A stretch of 64,000 nt of DNA from Thermoleophilia bacterium (GTDB lineage Bacteria; Actinomycetota; Thermoleophilia; Gaiellales; JAICJC01): assembly GCA_025928655.1 (NCBI GenBank), contig JAICJC010000002.1, positions 7,531 to 71,530 of the forward strand. Reading direction: 5' to 3'. The notes below the pieces were generated by a model, which was not told the DNA's origin, ran no database searches, and saw nothing but the letters and a program-made list of their open reading frames with translations. Below are positions 1 to 11,000 of this stretch, one piece after another. Both the position numbers and the translations under genes were made by a program. Numbering within the stretch: position 1 is the stretch's first letter; the number at the start of each line of letters is the position of its first letter.

Positions 1-34
1 GACGTGTGGGACTGGGTGGCGCTCTTCGGACTCG

Positions 35-802
35 TCAGCGGGCCGGGCTGACGCCGCACACGGCCCAGACGAACGCGGGCAGCGAGAACGGGCCGTCCCC
101 GACCTCCGCCCGGGAGCGCTCCCGCACCGCCGCCTGCCGCTCCTCGTCCAGCCCGGCGAGGTAGCCCCCGGCCGGCCCGACGCCGAGCGTGAACGGCTCC
201 CACCAGTCCTCGAAGGTCGGATGCTCGACCACGGACGGCTGCTCGGCCCCGCGCACGTCCTCGAGGCCCGCCTCGGCGAACAGCCCCTCCAGGTGCCCGG
301 CGCTGCCGCCGGCCACCGCCATCTCGTGCCGGGCGCCCGGGTCGAGCGCGACCGCAGACCGCCAGAACGGGCTGATCGGCGCCCGCCCTCCGGCGAGGTC
401 CCACACCGAGGCGGCGACCGCGCCGCCGGGCCGGGTGACCCGCACCATCTCCCGCAGGCCGGCCACCGGGTCGCGCATGAAGTGGACGACGAGCTGGGAC
501 AGGGCGGCGTCGAACTCGCCGTCGCCGAAGGGCAGCTCCTCGGCTGTGCCCCGGCGCACGTCGACGCCGGGGAAGCGGCCCCGCACGGCGTCGACGAAGC
601 GCTCGGACGGATCGACCGCCGCCACCGAGCCCGCCCCCAGCCGCCCGGCCAGCTCGCCGGTGAGCATGCCCGAGCCGCAGCCCACGTCCAGCGCCCGCTG
701 CCCGGCGGAGACCCCGGCGAGGTCGGCCAGCTGCGGCGCCAGGGGCGCCGCGTAGCGCCCCATGAACCGGTCATATGCGTCTGCGGAGACGTCGAAGGTC
801 AT
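35..802 (-). CDS. Class I SAM-dependent methyltransferase
   Basis: 255 aa; motif I ALDVGCGSG, AEELPFGDGEFDA, VTRPGG. Confidence 0.9.
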   Translation of the reverse strand: MTFDVSADAYDRFMGRYAAPLAPQLADLAGVSAGQRALDVGCGSGMLTGELAGRLGAGSVAAVDPSERFVDAVRGRFPGVDVRRGTAEELPFGDGEFDAALSQLVVHFMRDPVAGLREMVRVTRPGGAVAASVWDLAGGRAPISPFWRSAVALDPGARHEMAVAGGSAGHLEGLFAEAGLEDVRGAEQPSVVEHPTFEDWWEPFTLGVGPAGGYLAGLDEERQAAVRERSRAEVGDGPFSLPAFVWAVCGVSPAR

Positions 803-915
803 GCGGGACTGAGGACGGCCTGAGTATGGAGCGCCGGACGGGCGCCGTCAAACCCGAGGCGGCGCGGCCCCCGCGATCGTGAAATACTCGCCGCGACCGA
901 ACCTGGGAGACCTCG

Positions 916-1350
916 ATGCCGACCGATTCGATGGGGAGTGGCTGGGCCGACGTGCTGGAGGAGATCCCGCTCTTCGCCAGCCTCTCCAAACGTCACCTGA
1001 ACAAGATCGCCCGCCTGGGCAAGGCCCGCCGCTACGCGCGCTACACCCCGATCGTCCGCTCGGGCGACCGCGGCGACAGCTTCTACGTCATCCTCGACGG
1101 GACCGCGCTCGTGAAGCTCCCGGGCAAGCGCGCGAAGCGTCTGGGCGCCGGCGACTGGTTCGGCGAGATGGCGCTTCTCGACGCCGCCCCCAGGACGGCC
1201 ACGGTCGAGGCGCAGACCGACGTCTTCGCGATGCTGCTCGGGCGCTCGGCGTTTCTGAAGACGGTGCAGGACGAGCCGAAGCTCGCGATCGCGCTCCTGC
1301 AGACGATGGCGCAGCGCCTGCGCGCCTCGGAGCGCTCCGCCGCCCACTGA
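916..1350 (+). CDS. Stand-alone cyclic nucleotide-binding domain protein
   Basis: IPLFASL, GDSFYVILDG, FGEMALL..PRTATV phosphate-binding cassette; no HTH. Confidence 0.9.
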   Translation: MPTDSMGSGWADVLEEIPLFASLSKRHLNKIARLGKARRYARYTPIVRSGDRGDSFYVILDGTALVKLPGKRAKRLGAGDWFGEMALLDAAPRTATVEAQTDVFAMLLGRSAFLKTVQDEPKLAIALLQTMAQRLRASERSAAH

Positions 1351-1365
1351 CGCCCGGCGGCCTGC

Positions 1366-1390
1366 ATACCCGGTGCCTGGCACCGGGTAT
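1366..1390. repeat. Perfect palindrome with REP-like core GGTGCCTGGCACC
   Basis: ATACCCGGTGCC-T-GGCACCGGGTAT just after the stop at 1350. Confidence 0.7.
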
Positions 1391-1587
1391 TCACTCTGGT
1401 TGCGGCCGGGGTGCTGACGATCAAACCGCCTTCCAACGAGGTGTGGAGTTTCGTGCCGTATACTCGGCCGACCCCCTGCCCCGCGAACGTCGCCGCACGC
1501 CACCCGCCGCGGCGGCCGAGGAGCTGCTTGGCAACCACGAAGCCGCCCAGAGGTCCGGGCGAGGGAGATTCCCCCCGGCGCGCGAAG

Positions 1588-3522
1588 ATGGTGATCTACG
1601 GAAGTGGACCGCCGCAGAAGCCGCCCCGCCGGGGTCGCCGCCGGCGCCACCGCCTGCCGCGCTGGGCGCGCTGGACGCTCGCCGTGCTGGGCCTGCTCGT
1701 CCTCGTCGTCCTGGCCGCGGGCGGCTACGAGCTCTGGTATCTGAACACCATCTACAACAAGGTCACCAAGCTCCACGGGACCGACAGGAAGGCCTCGGCG
1801 CACCTCGCCCGCGACATCCCCACGTCGTCCCAGCCGATCACGGCGCTCATGATCGGCTCCGACCACCGCAGCGACGGCGCCACCGGCAAGAACGGCCTCT
1901 CCGACACGCTCATGCTGGCCCGGCTCGATCCGCAGCACCACGTCATCTCGCTGCTCTCGATCCCGCGTGACCTGTGGGTGCCGAGCCTGGGCGCCAAGAT
2001 CAACTCCGCCTACTCGAACGGCGGCGACAACGCCTCGCTGGAGGCGGTCGAGGGCGTCACCGGGATCAAGCCGAACTACCTCGTCAACGTCGACTTCGCC
2101 GGCTTCCAGCGCCTGGTCGACACCCTGGGCGGCATCTACGTCAACGTCGACCAGTACTACTACAACCCGCCCGATCTCGAGGCCTACACCGGCTTCTCGG
2201 CGATCGACGTCAAGCCCGGCTACCAGAAGCTGAAGGGCGCCGACGCGCTCGCCTTCTCGCGCTACCGCCACACCGACGACGACTTCCACCGCCAGGCCCG
2301 CCAGCAGACGTTCCTGCGCGCGTTCCAGGCCCGCGCCGCCGACCGCTTCCACGGCATCTCCGTCACGGACATCCCGTTCATCAACTCCCTGCTCGGCGCG
2401 ATCTCCGACAGCGTCACGATCGTCGGCCCGCACAGGAAGGCGCCCAGCCCGCGCACGCTGCTCTCCTTTGCGGCGACGGCCTACAAGGCCCGCGCGCACG
2501 TCGTCACCATCCCGCTCTCCTGGACGCCCTACGACGCCCCGGACGGGGAGTCGGCGCTCCAGGTGACGAACCTGTCCCACGCGCTCGCCCAGTGGCGGCA
2601 CCCGTGGCAGCTCGAGAACGCGGCCGCGTCCATCCCGGGCAGCCACAAGACCCACACCGCGCCCGCGTGGAAGCCAGCGGTCGACCCGGACGGCGTGCAC
2701 GTGGCCGTGCTGAACGGAAACGGCGTCAAGGGCGTCGCCGCGAAGACCGTCCACGCCCTGGCCGCCTGGGGCTACCGCGCCCACGCGGGCAACGCGCCCC
2801 GGCAGGACTATCCCGATACCTGGGCCTACTACCGGCCCGGCGCCCGGGCGATCGCCGGCGATCTGGCGTACATCCTCGGCGGCGGCGCGACGGCGTCCGC
2901 GATGCCGGCGGCGATCGAGGCCGCGATCGGCCCACGGGCGCAGGTGGCCGTCGTGTTCGGCCACGGCTTCTCCGGCAAGCCGGCCGTCACCGCACCGGCC
3001 CCGAAGAAGCCCTCCAGGCCGGCCGGCCCGCCGTCGACGATCACGCCCACCACCGGGTACCGGGCCGACTTCCTCCACGTCCAGCGCGTGCTGCACTTCC
3101 CGATCGTGTACCCGACCGTCTCGGTGGCCGGGTACGACCTGTGCCCGTGGGTGCCGAAGCCCTCCGGCGCGGGCGTGCTGAGCTGCCAGGGGACGTCCAC
3201 CTCGCCCATCCGCATCTACGGCATCGGGGCGGCCGGCAAGGGCTGGAACTCGATGTACGCGGTCTTCAAGGGCCCGACCGCGATGGGCCCCTACTGGGGC
3301 ATCGAGGAGACCCGCTACACGGACGCGCCGCTGCTCCAGAACCCCAACCTCACCCGCACCCTCGACGGCCGCAAGTACCTGTTCTTCTTCAACGGCGGCC
3401 ACATCCAGACCATCGCGTTCGTCCAGGGCGACGTCGCCTACTGGGTCGAGAACAGCCTGCTCGACGACCTCACGAACCCCGAGATGCTCGCGATCGCCCG
3501 GTCGCTCAAGCCGGTCGGCTGA
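1588..3522 (+). CDS. LCP (LytR-CpsA-Psr) family cell-wall glycopolymer ligase with LytR_C domain
   Basis: N-terminal TM; IGSD, SDTLML, SIPRD, KINSAY, DFHRQARQQ; VAVLNGNGVKG LytR_C; start set at ATG 1588 within ORF 1411..3522. Confidence 0.9.
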   Translation: MVIYGSGPPQKPPRRGRRRRHRLPRWARWTLAVLGLLVLVVLAAGGYELWYLNTIYNKVTKLHGTDRKASAHLARDIPTSSQPITALMIGSDHRSDGATGKNGLSDTLMLARLDPQHHVISLLSIPRDLWVPSLGAKINSAYSNGGDNASLEAVEGVTGIKPNYLVNVDFAGFQRLVDTLGGIYVNVDQYYYNPPDLEAYTGFSAIDVKPGYQKLKGADALAFSRYRHTDDDFHRQARQQTFLRAFQARAADRFHGISVTDIPFINSLLGAISDSVTIVGPHRKAPSPRTLLSFAATAYKARAHVVTIPLSWTPYDAPDGESALQVTNLSHALAQWRHPWQLENAAASIPGSHKTHTAPAWKPAVDPDGVHVAVLNGNGVKGVAAKTVHALAAWGYRAHAGNAPRQDYPDTWAYYRPGARAIAGDLAYILGGGATASAMPAAIEAAIGPRAQVAVVFGHGFSGKPAVTAPAPKKPSRPAGPPSTITPTTGYRADFLHVQRVLHFPIVYPTVSVAGYDLCPWVPKPSGAGVLSCQGTSTSPIRIYGIGAAGKGWNSMYAVFKGPTAMGPYWGIEETRYTDAPLLQNPNLTRTLDGRKYLFFFNGGHIQTIAFVQGDVAYWVENSLLDDLTNPEMLAIARSLKPVG

Positions 3523-4305
3523 GGAACCCGGTCACCAGCCGGTCGAAGAGCTCGGGCCGCTCCATGCTGGGCAGATTGGCGGCGTCCGGGATCGTTGCCG
3601 CCCGAGCTCCTGGGATGCCCGCCGCGAGCCGCTCGCCGATGGCGTGGATGTCCGGCTGGTCGGCCTCGCCGACGATGACCAGGGCCGGCCGGCGCACCTC
3701 GCCGAGACGGTCGCCGGCGTCGGGCACGGGCAGCTCCTCGAGATCGCCGTCGCGCTCGTAGGCGGGCACCTGCAGCTCGAGCGCGCGCAGCTGCATCGCG
3801 TGGGCGCGGCCGCGCACGTCGGCGTCCACCTGGTCCGGCCGGCGGCCCGGCCCGTCGACCCAGAAACGGACGTTGACCTCGGCGGCGGCGGCGAGGTCTC
3901 CGCGCTCGATGGCCGCCTCCTCCGCCTCCCAGTACTCGCGGACGGGGGCCGACCACTCGTGCCCGGGCAGCCCGGATCCGACCAGGACGAGCGCCGAGAC
4001 CCGCGCGGGGGCCGCAAGCGCGGCCTCGAACGCGACGCGGCCGCCCATCGACGCCCCACGATCGCCGCCTCGGAGATGCCGGCGGCGTCCATCACGGCGA
4101 TCAGGTCGCGGGCGTGCGAGTAGGCCGCGGAGGGCACCGGCGAGCGGCCGAACCCGCGCACGTCGAACCGCATCAGGCGACGGCCGTCGGCCAGGGCGCC
4201 CCACTGGGCGTCCCACATGCCGCTGTCGCAGATCCCGGCGTGGACGAGCACGACTGCCGGGCCGTCGCCGGCGGTCTCGGCATGGATCCCGTCCGGCGCG
4301 GTCAC
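3506..4305 (-). pseudogene. Alpha/beta hydrolase split by a 1-nt frameshift (pseudogene or sequencing error)
   Basis: N-half (VVLVHAG..DVRGFGRS..AAIVG) in ORF 3532..4305; C-half (ASMGG..LVIVGEAD) in ORF 3506..4216; one extra G in the C4 run at 4054-4057 restores G-A-S-M-G. Confidence 0.85.
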
Positions 4306-4622
4306 TGCTGATAGCGCACGACGGCGACCGTCTCGTGGATACCCTCGTCCCAGGTCTTGTGATGCGGCCCTCCCTCGGCCATGAGCGCGTGCTGCACCGT
4401 CAGCCGATCGACGTCGGCGGCGTAGGCGCGCGCCCCGCCGCGGGAGGTGAACTCGACGACGCCGATGAACTCGTTCGGGTCGTCGATCGACCGCGCGATC
4501 CAGTGCCCGGTGGCGCCGTGCTTCACCCGCGCCGGCTCGTGCTCGTCGAAGGCGGCCTTCCAGGTCTGGAAGTCGCCGCCGCGGAAGCGGATGACGAACT
4601 GGATGCTTCCCTCGTCTGCCAT
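4302..4622 (-). CDS. Small dimeric alpha-beta barrel / ABM-like protein
   Basis: 106 aa, DFQTWKAAFD..R..HG..RSIDDPNE..VVEF; stop overlaps the hydrolase start. Confidence 0.65.
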   Translation of the reverse strand: MADEGSIQFVIRFRGGDFQTWKAAFDEHEPARVKHGATGHWIARSIDDPNEFIGVVEFTSRGGARAYAADVDRLTVQHALMAEGGPHHKTWDEGIHETVAVVRYQQ

Positions 4623-4624
4623 GC

Positions 4625-5170
4625 TCACCCCTGTCGGTCGTGGCTCAGGATGCCGACCACCTGGAACCAGGCCGGCTCGGGCTCCGGATTCTCCTCGACC
4701 CGCATGCCCAGCCGCCGCATGACGCCGATCGAGGCCAGGTTCTCGCGCTCGGTCGTGGCGACGACGCGGGCCAGGCCGAGCTCGGCCAAGGCGTGCTCGA
4801 TGAGCGCCGCGGCCGCCTCGGCGGCGATCCCGCGGCGGCGAAAGGCCGGCGCGACGGACCAGTACAGGCCGACCTCGGGGACGAGCCGCCGGCCCGGCTC
4901 CGGCCACGACGGGAGCAGCCCGAACGGCGCCAGCGAGGGGACGAGCCCGACCAGCCCGACCAGGCGGCCGGAGTCGTTCAGCACGATGCCGCGCTCGCCG
5001 TAGGGCGGCTGGCGCAGGTCGGCCAGCTGCTCGTAGGAGAGCGCGGTCCAGCGCAGCCACCGCTCCCGGCCGCCGCCCTCCAGCTCCTCGACGGCGGCGA
5101 GGTCGCCGGCCTCGAGCTCGCGAACCGTCAGGCGGGGTGTCCGAAGCGGCGGGATCCGCACGGCGGGCAC
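4625..5170 (-). CDS. GNAT (RimJ/RimL-type) N-acetyltransferase
   Basis: LRTPRLTVR, FRRRGIAAEAA, ENLASIGVMRRLGM. Confidence 0.85.
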   Translation of the reverse strand: MPAVRIPPLRTPRLTVRELEAGDLAAVEELEGGGRERWLRWTALSYEQLADLRQPPYGERGIVLNDSGRLVGLVGLVPSLAPFGLLPSWPEPGRRLVPEVGLYWSVAPAFRRRGIAAEAAAALIEHALAELGLARVVATTERENLASIGVMRRLGMRVEENPEPEPAWFQVVGILSHDRQG

Positions 5171-5207
5171 CCTACCGGGCGCGCGGGCGCCGGGTACACT
5201 CGCCGCC

Positions 5208-6254
5208 GTGCGCGCAGGCCGGGTGATCACGGTGGTCGGCTGCCACGCCGGCGGCGAGATCGGCAACGTCGTGACGGGCGGCGTGCTGCCGCCGCCGGGC
5301 GCCACCGTGTTCGAGCAGATGCAGGCGCTGCGCCGCGACGGCGACGGCCTGCGCAAGCTGCTTCTGCGCGAGCCGCGCGGGAGCGTCGCCTGCCACGCGA
5401 ACCTGGTCGTCCCCGCGACCCGCCCCGACTGCGACGCGGGCTTCATCATCATGGAGCCCACCGAGTACCCGCCGATGTCGGGCTCGAACACGATCTGCAC
5501 CGCCACGGTGCTCCTGGAGACGGGAATCGTGGCGATGACCGAGCCCGAGACGACGTTGCGGCTCGAGGCTCCGGGCGGCGTCGTCGAGGTGCGTGCGCGC
5601 TGCCGCGACGGCCGCTGCGAGAGCGTCGAGGTGACGAACGTGCCGGCGTTCGCCGACCGCCTGGACGCCCCGCTCGAGGTCGAGGGCATGGGCACTCTGA
5701 CGGTCGACGTCTGCTACGGCGGCATGTGGTACGCAATCGCGGACGCCGCCGCGCTCGGGTTCGCGATCGAGCCGGGCGAGGCCCGCGACCTCTCGCTGAC
5801 GGGGGAGCGCATCCGCGCCGCCGCCCGCGAGCAGCTGCCCTGCGCCCACCCGGAGAACCCGAACATCGCCGGCGTCAGCATCGTCCAGATCGCCGGGCCG
5901 TGGCAGGGCGTCGGCGCGGTGAGCCGAAACGCGGTCGTCATCGCGCCGGGCCGGCTCGACCGCTCGGCGACGGGCACCGGGCTGTCGGCCCGGATGGCGG
6001 CGCTCCACGCCCGCGGGCTGATGCGCCCGGGCGACGGGATGACACACGCCTCGCCGATCGGCACCACCTTCGACGGCCGCATCGTGTCGGAGACCCGGGT
6101 CAACGACCGGCAGGCGATCGTGCCCGCGATCCGTGGGAGCGCCTGGATCACCGGCGTCTCGCAGGTTCTCGTCGACCCGGCCGACCCGTTCCCGGAGGGC
6201 TACCTGCTCTCCGACACGTGGGGCGTGAGCGGACTGGATGTCCAGCCGGGCTAG
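5208..6254 (+). CDS. Proline racemase family protein, Ser/Thr active-site type (trans-3-hydroxyproline dehydratase-like)
   Basis: HAGGE, LLREPRG, MSGSNT, DRSATGTG; leaderless -10 TACACT at 5195. Confidence 0.85.
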   Translation: MRAGRVITVVGCHAGGEIGNVVTGGVLPPPGATVFEQMQALRRDGDGLRKLLLREPRGSVACHANLVVPATRPDCDAGFIIMEPTEYPPMSGSNTICTATVLLETGIVAMTEPETTLRLEAPGGVVEVRARCRDGRCESVEVTNVPAFADRLDAPLEVEGMGTLTVDVCYGGMWYAIADAAALGFAIEPGEARDLSLTGERIRAAAREQLPCAHPENPNIAGVSIVQIAGPWQGVGAVSRNAVVIAPGRLDRSATGTGLSARMAALHARGLMRPGDGMTHASPIGTTFDGRIVSETRVNDRQAIVPAIRGSAWITGVSQVLVDPADPFPEGYLLSDTWGVSGLDVQPG

Positions 6255-6288
6255 GCGCCCGCGATGGTAGATTCGCCCGGCTGCGGCG

Positions 6289-7215
6289 ATGACGAACCCC
6301 TTCCAGACAGACGGCACCTGGCTGCGCTGCGCGCTCCACGCCCACACCACCCGCTCCGACGGCGAGCTCCAGCCCGAGGCGCTCGTCGACCACTACGAGC
6401 GGGCCGGATGGGACGCGCTCGCCGTCACCGACCACTGGACGATCACGCACCCCCCGGCGCGCGACGGGATGGTGCTCGTGCCCGGGATCGAGCTCACCTG
6501 CCGTACGACGGCGGGCGTGTGGGTCGACGTGCTGGTCTACGGCCTCGACCGCGAGCTCGACGTCGAGCCCGAGAGCTACGACTCGTACCCCGACCTCCCC
6601 GACGCGATGGAGTTCGTCGCCGCGCACGGGGGCGTCGCCTACATCGCCCACCCGTACTGGACGGGCGTGCCCATGGACGTCGTCGTCGGCCTGCCGGCGG
6701 TGGTCGGCATCGAGGTCTACAACGCCGGGTGCCAGATCGAATGCGGCCGCGGCCTGTCCAGCGTCCACTGGGACGGGCTCCTCGACGCCGGCCACTCCTG
6801 CTTCGCCGTGGCCTGCGACGACACCCACTACGCCGGCTTCGACTCCGGCTACGCCTGGACGATGGCCCACGTCGCGGAGCCGACGGCGGACGGAGTGGTC
6901 GCCGCCCTGCGCAGCGGCGCCTGCTACGCCTCGACGGGGCCGCGATTCGACACGATCGAGCCGGCGCCCGGCGGCCTGCTCGTGCGCTGCAGCCCCTGCC
7001 GCTCGGTCACGCTGTGCACGGGCCCCGAGGACGGCGGCCGGGCGATGGTCGGGCGGCTGGCGTTCCGCCACCGGGCCCGGATCGTCGACCGCGACCCGTC
7101 CACCGGGCTGATCACCGCCGTCGCGTTCGCGCCGCCGCCCGGCGCCGCCGCCGCCCGCATCGAGCTCGCGGACGCGGACGGCGGCACCGCCTGGTCAAAC
7201 CCGGTCGCGCTCTAG
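6289..7215 (+). CDS. PHP-domain (CehA/McbA-like) metallohydrolase
   Basis: LHAHTTRSDG, AVTDH, PGIE, AHPYW, IEVYN, DDTH. Confidence 0.85.
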   Translation: MTNPFQTDGTWLRCALHAHTTRSDGELQPEALVDHYERAGWDALAVTDHWTITHPPARDGMVLVPGIELTCRTTAGVWVDVLVYGLDRELDVEPESYDSYPDLPDAMEFVAAHGGVAYIAHPYWTGVPMDVVVGLPAVVGIEVYNAGCQIECGRGLSSVHWDGLLDAGHSCFAVACDDTHYAGFDSGYAWTMAHVAEPTADGVVAALRSGACYASTGPRFDTIEPAPGGLLVRCSPCRSVTLCTGPEDGGRAMVGRLAFRHRARIVDRDPSTGLITAVAFAPPPGAAAARIELADADGGTAWSNPVAL

Positions 7216-7292
7216 CCGCCGCCTCCCTCGAGACCACCTCGCACGGCCGCCGCAACCGGTTCCGGTTTCCGTGCGCGCGCTCACACAATGTC

Positions 7293-7320
7293 TTGACAAT
7301 TTCGCAACATCTGGGATGAT
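7293..7320 (+). promoter_or_regulatory. Putative housekeeping-sigma promoter of the NRPS operon
   Basis: TTGACA-N16-GATGAT in an AT-richer intergenic stretch upstream of the PPTase. Confidence 0.45.
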
Positions 7321-7365
7321 CCGGCAGCGGGTACATAGGACAGCACCCCCAAGGCAGCCAGGCAG

Positions 7366-8064
7366 GTGAGTGGGCGGGTGAATGTCAGCTTCAACAGCGA
7401 GGCGATCGTCCCATGCGCGCAGCACGTCGGGACGGTCGAGATACTGATCCCGGCGTCGGCGTCGGCCGACCTGTTCGACGACGTCCCGGAGTCGACGATG
7501 TACCCGGCCGAGGCGGCCGCGATCGCGCGCGCGGCCGCCGGGCGCCGGCGCGAGTTCGCCACGGTGCGCTACTGCGCCCGCCGGGCCCTGCGCCGGCTCG
7601 GGATCGCCCCGGCCGCGATCCTGCCCGACCCTGACGGCGTCCCCCGATGGCCGGCCGGGGCGGTCGGGAGCATGACCCATTGCGCCGGATACCGGGCGGC
7701 GGTCGTGGCCCGGGCGGAGAAGCTGCGCGGGATCGGCATCGACGCCGAGCCGCACGCGGCGCTGCCGGGGCCCGCGGCCCACCTCGTCCTGCGCGACGAG
7801 GAACGGCCGCGCCTGCGCGCGCTGGCGGGGGCCGACCCCGGCCTGCACTGGGACCGCGTCGTCTTCTGCGCCAAGGAGGCGGTCTACAAGGCTTGCTTCC
7901 CCGTGTCCCGGCGGTGGCTGGAGTTCTCCGACATCTCGGTGACGCTGCACGCCGGGGGCACGTTCGACGCACGCGTGCTCGCCGGAGGCGACGGCCTCGC
8001 CGGGCGCTGGACGGTCGACCGCGGGCTCGTCGTTGCCGCGACCTGGGTATGCCATGACGATTGA
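7366..8064 (+). CDS. 4'-phosphopantetheinyl transferase (EntD/Sfp-like)
   Basis: RRREF..R.CARRAL, P.WP.G.VGSMTH, GIDAE, FCAKEAVYKA; start uncertain. Confidence 0.92.
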   Translation: MSGRVNVSFNSEAIVPCAQHVGTVEILIPASASADLFDDVPESTMYPAEAAAIARAAAGRRREFATVRYCARRALRRLGIAPAAILPDPDGVPRWPAGAVGSMTHCAGYRAAVVARAEKLRGIGIDAEPHAALPGPAAHLVLRDEERPRLRALAGADPGLHWDRVVFCAKEAVYKACFPVSRRWLEFSDISVTLHAGGTFDARVLAGGDGLAGRWTVDRGLVVAATWVCHDD

Positions 8065-11000
8065 CGTGGGCACGACGTCCCCGCCCGACCCCGGCAGGGC
8101 CGGCCCGACGACCGCGTACGAGCGCATCCTCGCCGACACGCTGGCGGAGACAACGGGCCTCGAGTCGATCCCCGTCGAGGCAAACCTCTTCGACGACCTC
8201 GGCCTGGATTCCCTGGCGATCGCCCATTTCTGCGCCCGGGTCCGGAAGTCGGGGACGCTGCCGTCGATCTCGGTCAGGGACTGCTACCAGCACCCGACCG
8301 TCAGAGGACTGGCGGCGTCGCTTCCCGTGGGCGTCCCCGTCGGCGCCGGCCGGGCGCCGGCCGATGTCGTGTCGGCGCCGAAGCGCAGGGCCGCACCGGC
8401 GAGCAGCCGCGCCCACATCCTGTGCGGCACGATCCAGTTCCTCGTCTTCCTCGCGTATGCATCCGGCGCGGGGGTGGTGTTCACCGCCGGCTACAAGTGG
8501 ATCTCGGCCGGCTCGGGCGTGGTCGACCCGTACCTGCGATCGGTCGCCTTCGGCGCCGCCACCTTCGCCGGCCTCTGTCTCCTGCCGATCCTCGCGAAGT
8601 GGGCCCTGATCGGGCGCTGGGAGCGGGAGGAGATCCCGATCTGGAGCCTGCGGTACGTCCGCTTCTGGGCGGTGCACACGCTGATCCGGCTGAGCCCCGT
8701 TGTCCTTCTGACCGGGTCGCCGCTGTACCCGCTCTACCTGCGGGCGCTGGGCGCGAAGGTCGGGGCGGGTGTCGTCATCCTCTCGCGCTACCCGCCCGTG
8801 TGCACAGACCTGCTCACGATCGGCGCGCGGACGGTGATCCGCAGGGATTCCTTCTTCACCTGCTACCGGGCGGAGGGCGGGGTGATCCGAACCGGGCCGG
8901 TCACCATCGGGGAGGACGCGTTCGTCGGCCAGAACACGGTGCTCGACATCGACACCTCGCTGGGCGACCGGGCGCAGCTCGCCCACTCCTCCGCGCTCTA
9001 CGAGGGGCAGACGGTTCCCGCCGGCGAGCGGCGGCTGGGGTCGCCGGCGGAGCAGCGATCCGAGAGCGACTTCCAGAACGTCGAGCCGGCGCCGGTCGGG
9101 GCCCGCAGACGCGCAACGTACGCGGCCATGGAGATCCTGGGCGTGCTGGCGCTGTACCTGCCGGCCGCCCTCGGCGGCACCTACCTGCTCGCCACCAGGG
9201 TGCCGCCGTTCGACGCGCTCGTGCGCTCGTCGCCGGCGGACGTCGCCACCTGGGCGTTCCAGCGCGACGCGATGATCGCCGCGCTCATCCTCCTCGTCGG
9301 CGGCATCGGCCTCGGGCTGGCGTTCATCGGCACCGTCCCCCGGCTCCTCAACCTCGTGCTGGAGCCCGACCGCGTCTACCCGCTGTACGGGTTCCACTAC
9401 ACCGTCCACCGGGCGATCGGCCGGCTCACCAACGTGCCCTTCTTCCTGCAGCTGTTCGGCGACAGCTCCTACATCGTCCATTACCTGCGCTGGGTCGGGT
9501 ACGACCTCACCGAGATCGAGCAGACGGGGTCGAACTTCGGCACCGCCGTCGGGCACGAGAACCCGTACCTGGCGTCGATCGGCACCGGGACGATGGTCGC
9601 CGACGGGCTCTGGATCGTGAACGCCGACTACTCGAACACCTCCTTCCGGTTGTCGCGGGTCGCGATCGGCCGCAACAACTTCATCGGCAACAACATCCCC
9701 TATCCCTCGCAGGCGCGCACGGGCGACAACACGCTGCTCGCCACCAAGGTGATGGTCCCGGTCGACGGCGACATCCGCGAGAACGTCGGACTGCTCGGCT
9801 CGCCGAGCTTCGAGATCCCGCGCTCGGTCGAGCGCGACCGCCGCTTCGACGACCTGCGCTCGGGGGTCGAGCGCGGCCGCCGGCTCGCGGCCAAGAACCG
9901 GCACAACATCGTGACGATGGGCCTGTTCCTGCTGACGCGGTGGATCTACGCGCTCGCGATGACCGAGCTCGCCTTCGGCGCCGTCGTCCTCTACGGGGAC
10001 CTGGCCGTGGTGGCAACCGCGGGCGCAGTCGTCCTGGTGCTGCCGTTCACGGTCGCCTACCTGGCCGTGGTGGAGCGGGCCGGGGCCAGGTTCCGGACGC
10101 TGCGCCCGCTCTACTGCTCGATCTACCAGCCGGAATTCTGGCGGCACGAGCGCTACTGGAAGATGGCCGCCGTCCGGCTGCCGCGCAGCCTCGACGGCAC
10201 CCCGTTCAAGGCCCTCGCCTGGCGCGCCCTCGGAGTACGGATGGGCCGGCGCGTCTTCGACGACGGCTCCGCGATCGTCGACCGCAGCCTGGTCACGATC
10301 GGTGACGACTGCGTCCTGAACGCGGGCAGCGTCGTCCAGCCGCACTCGCAGGAGGACAGCGCCTTCAAGTCGGACCGGATCACGATCGGCTCGCGCGTCA
10401 CCGTCGGGGTGAGCGCCCACGTGCACTACGGCGTCACGATCGGCGACGGCGCCCGCCTCGGCCCCCACTCGTTCCTGATGAAGGGCGAGGAGATGCCGCC
10501 GGACGCGCGCTGGGCCATGAACCCGGCCGTGGAGCCCCGCGCGCCGGTCTCCGCCGGCCGGCCTGCGCAGGCCGACCCCAGCGCCGAGCCGACCGACGGG
10601 TTCGGCCGGATCCCGAGGTGGACGGCGGAGCCGGCGGCCGGGGTCGGCGAGCATCGGGAGACGATGCCGGCAGGCCTCGCGGCGGCCGTCCGCAGCCTGG
10701 CCGACGATCTGGAGGTGCCCCCGAGCACCGTCGTGCACGCGACCCACGCCCGGGTGCTCGGCGCGCTCACCGGCGAGAGCGACGTCACGACCGGCTACCT
10801 CGCCCTGGGCGGCGACATCCCGGTGCCGTGCCCGCTCGCGGCCGAGGCCGGCTCATGGCGGGCCCTGGTGCTGGCGACCCGGCAGGCGGAGGTGGACGAG
10901 GAACGCAGCGCCGAGGGTGCGTTCGAGTCCGTCTTCGACCCGGCCGGCCTCGACGCGGGCCCGGTGGACGGCGCGGTCGTGCGGGTCGGCGTGCAGGAGC

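Noticed and set aside
7251-7264. LacI-like operator GCAACCGGTTCC
   Set aside because: Imperfect, and no LacI gene nearby; too weak to call
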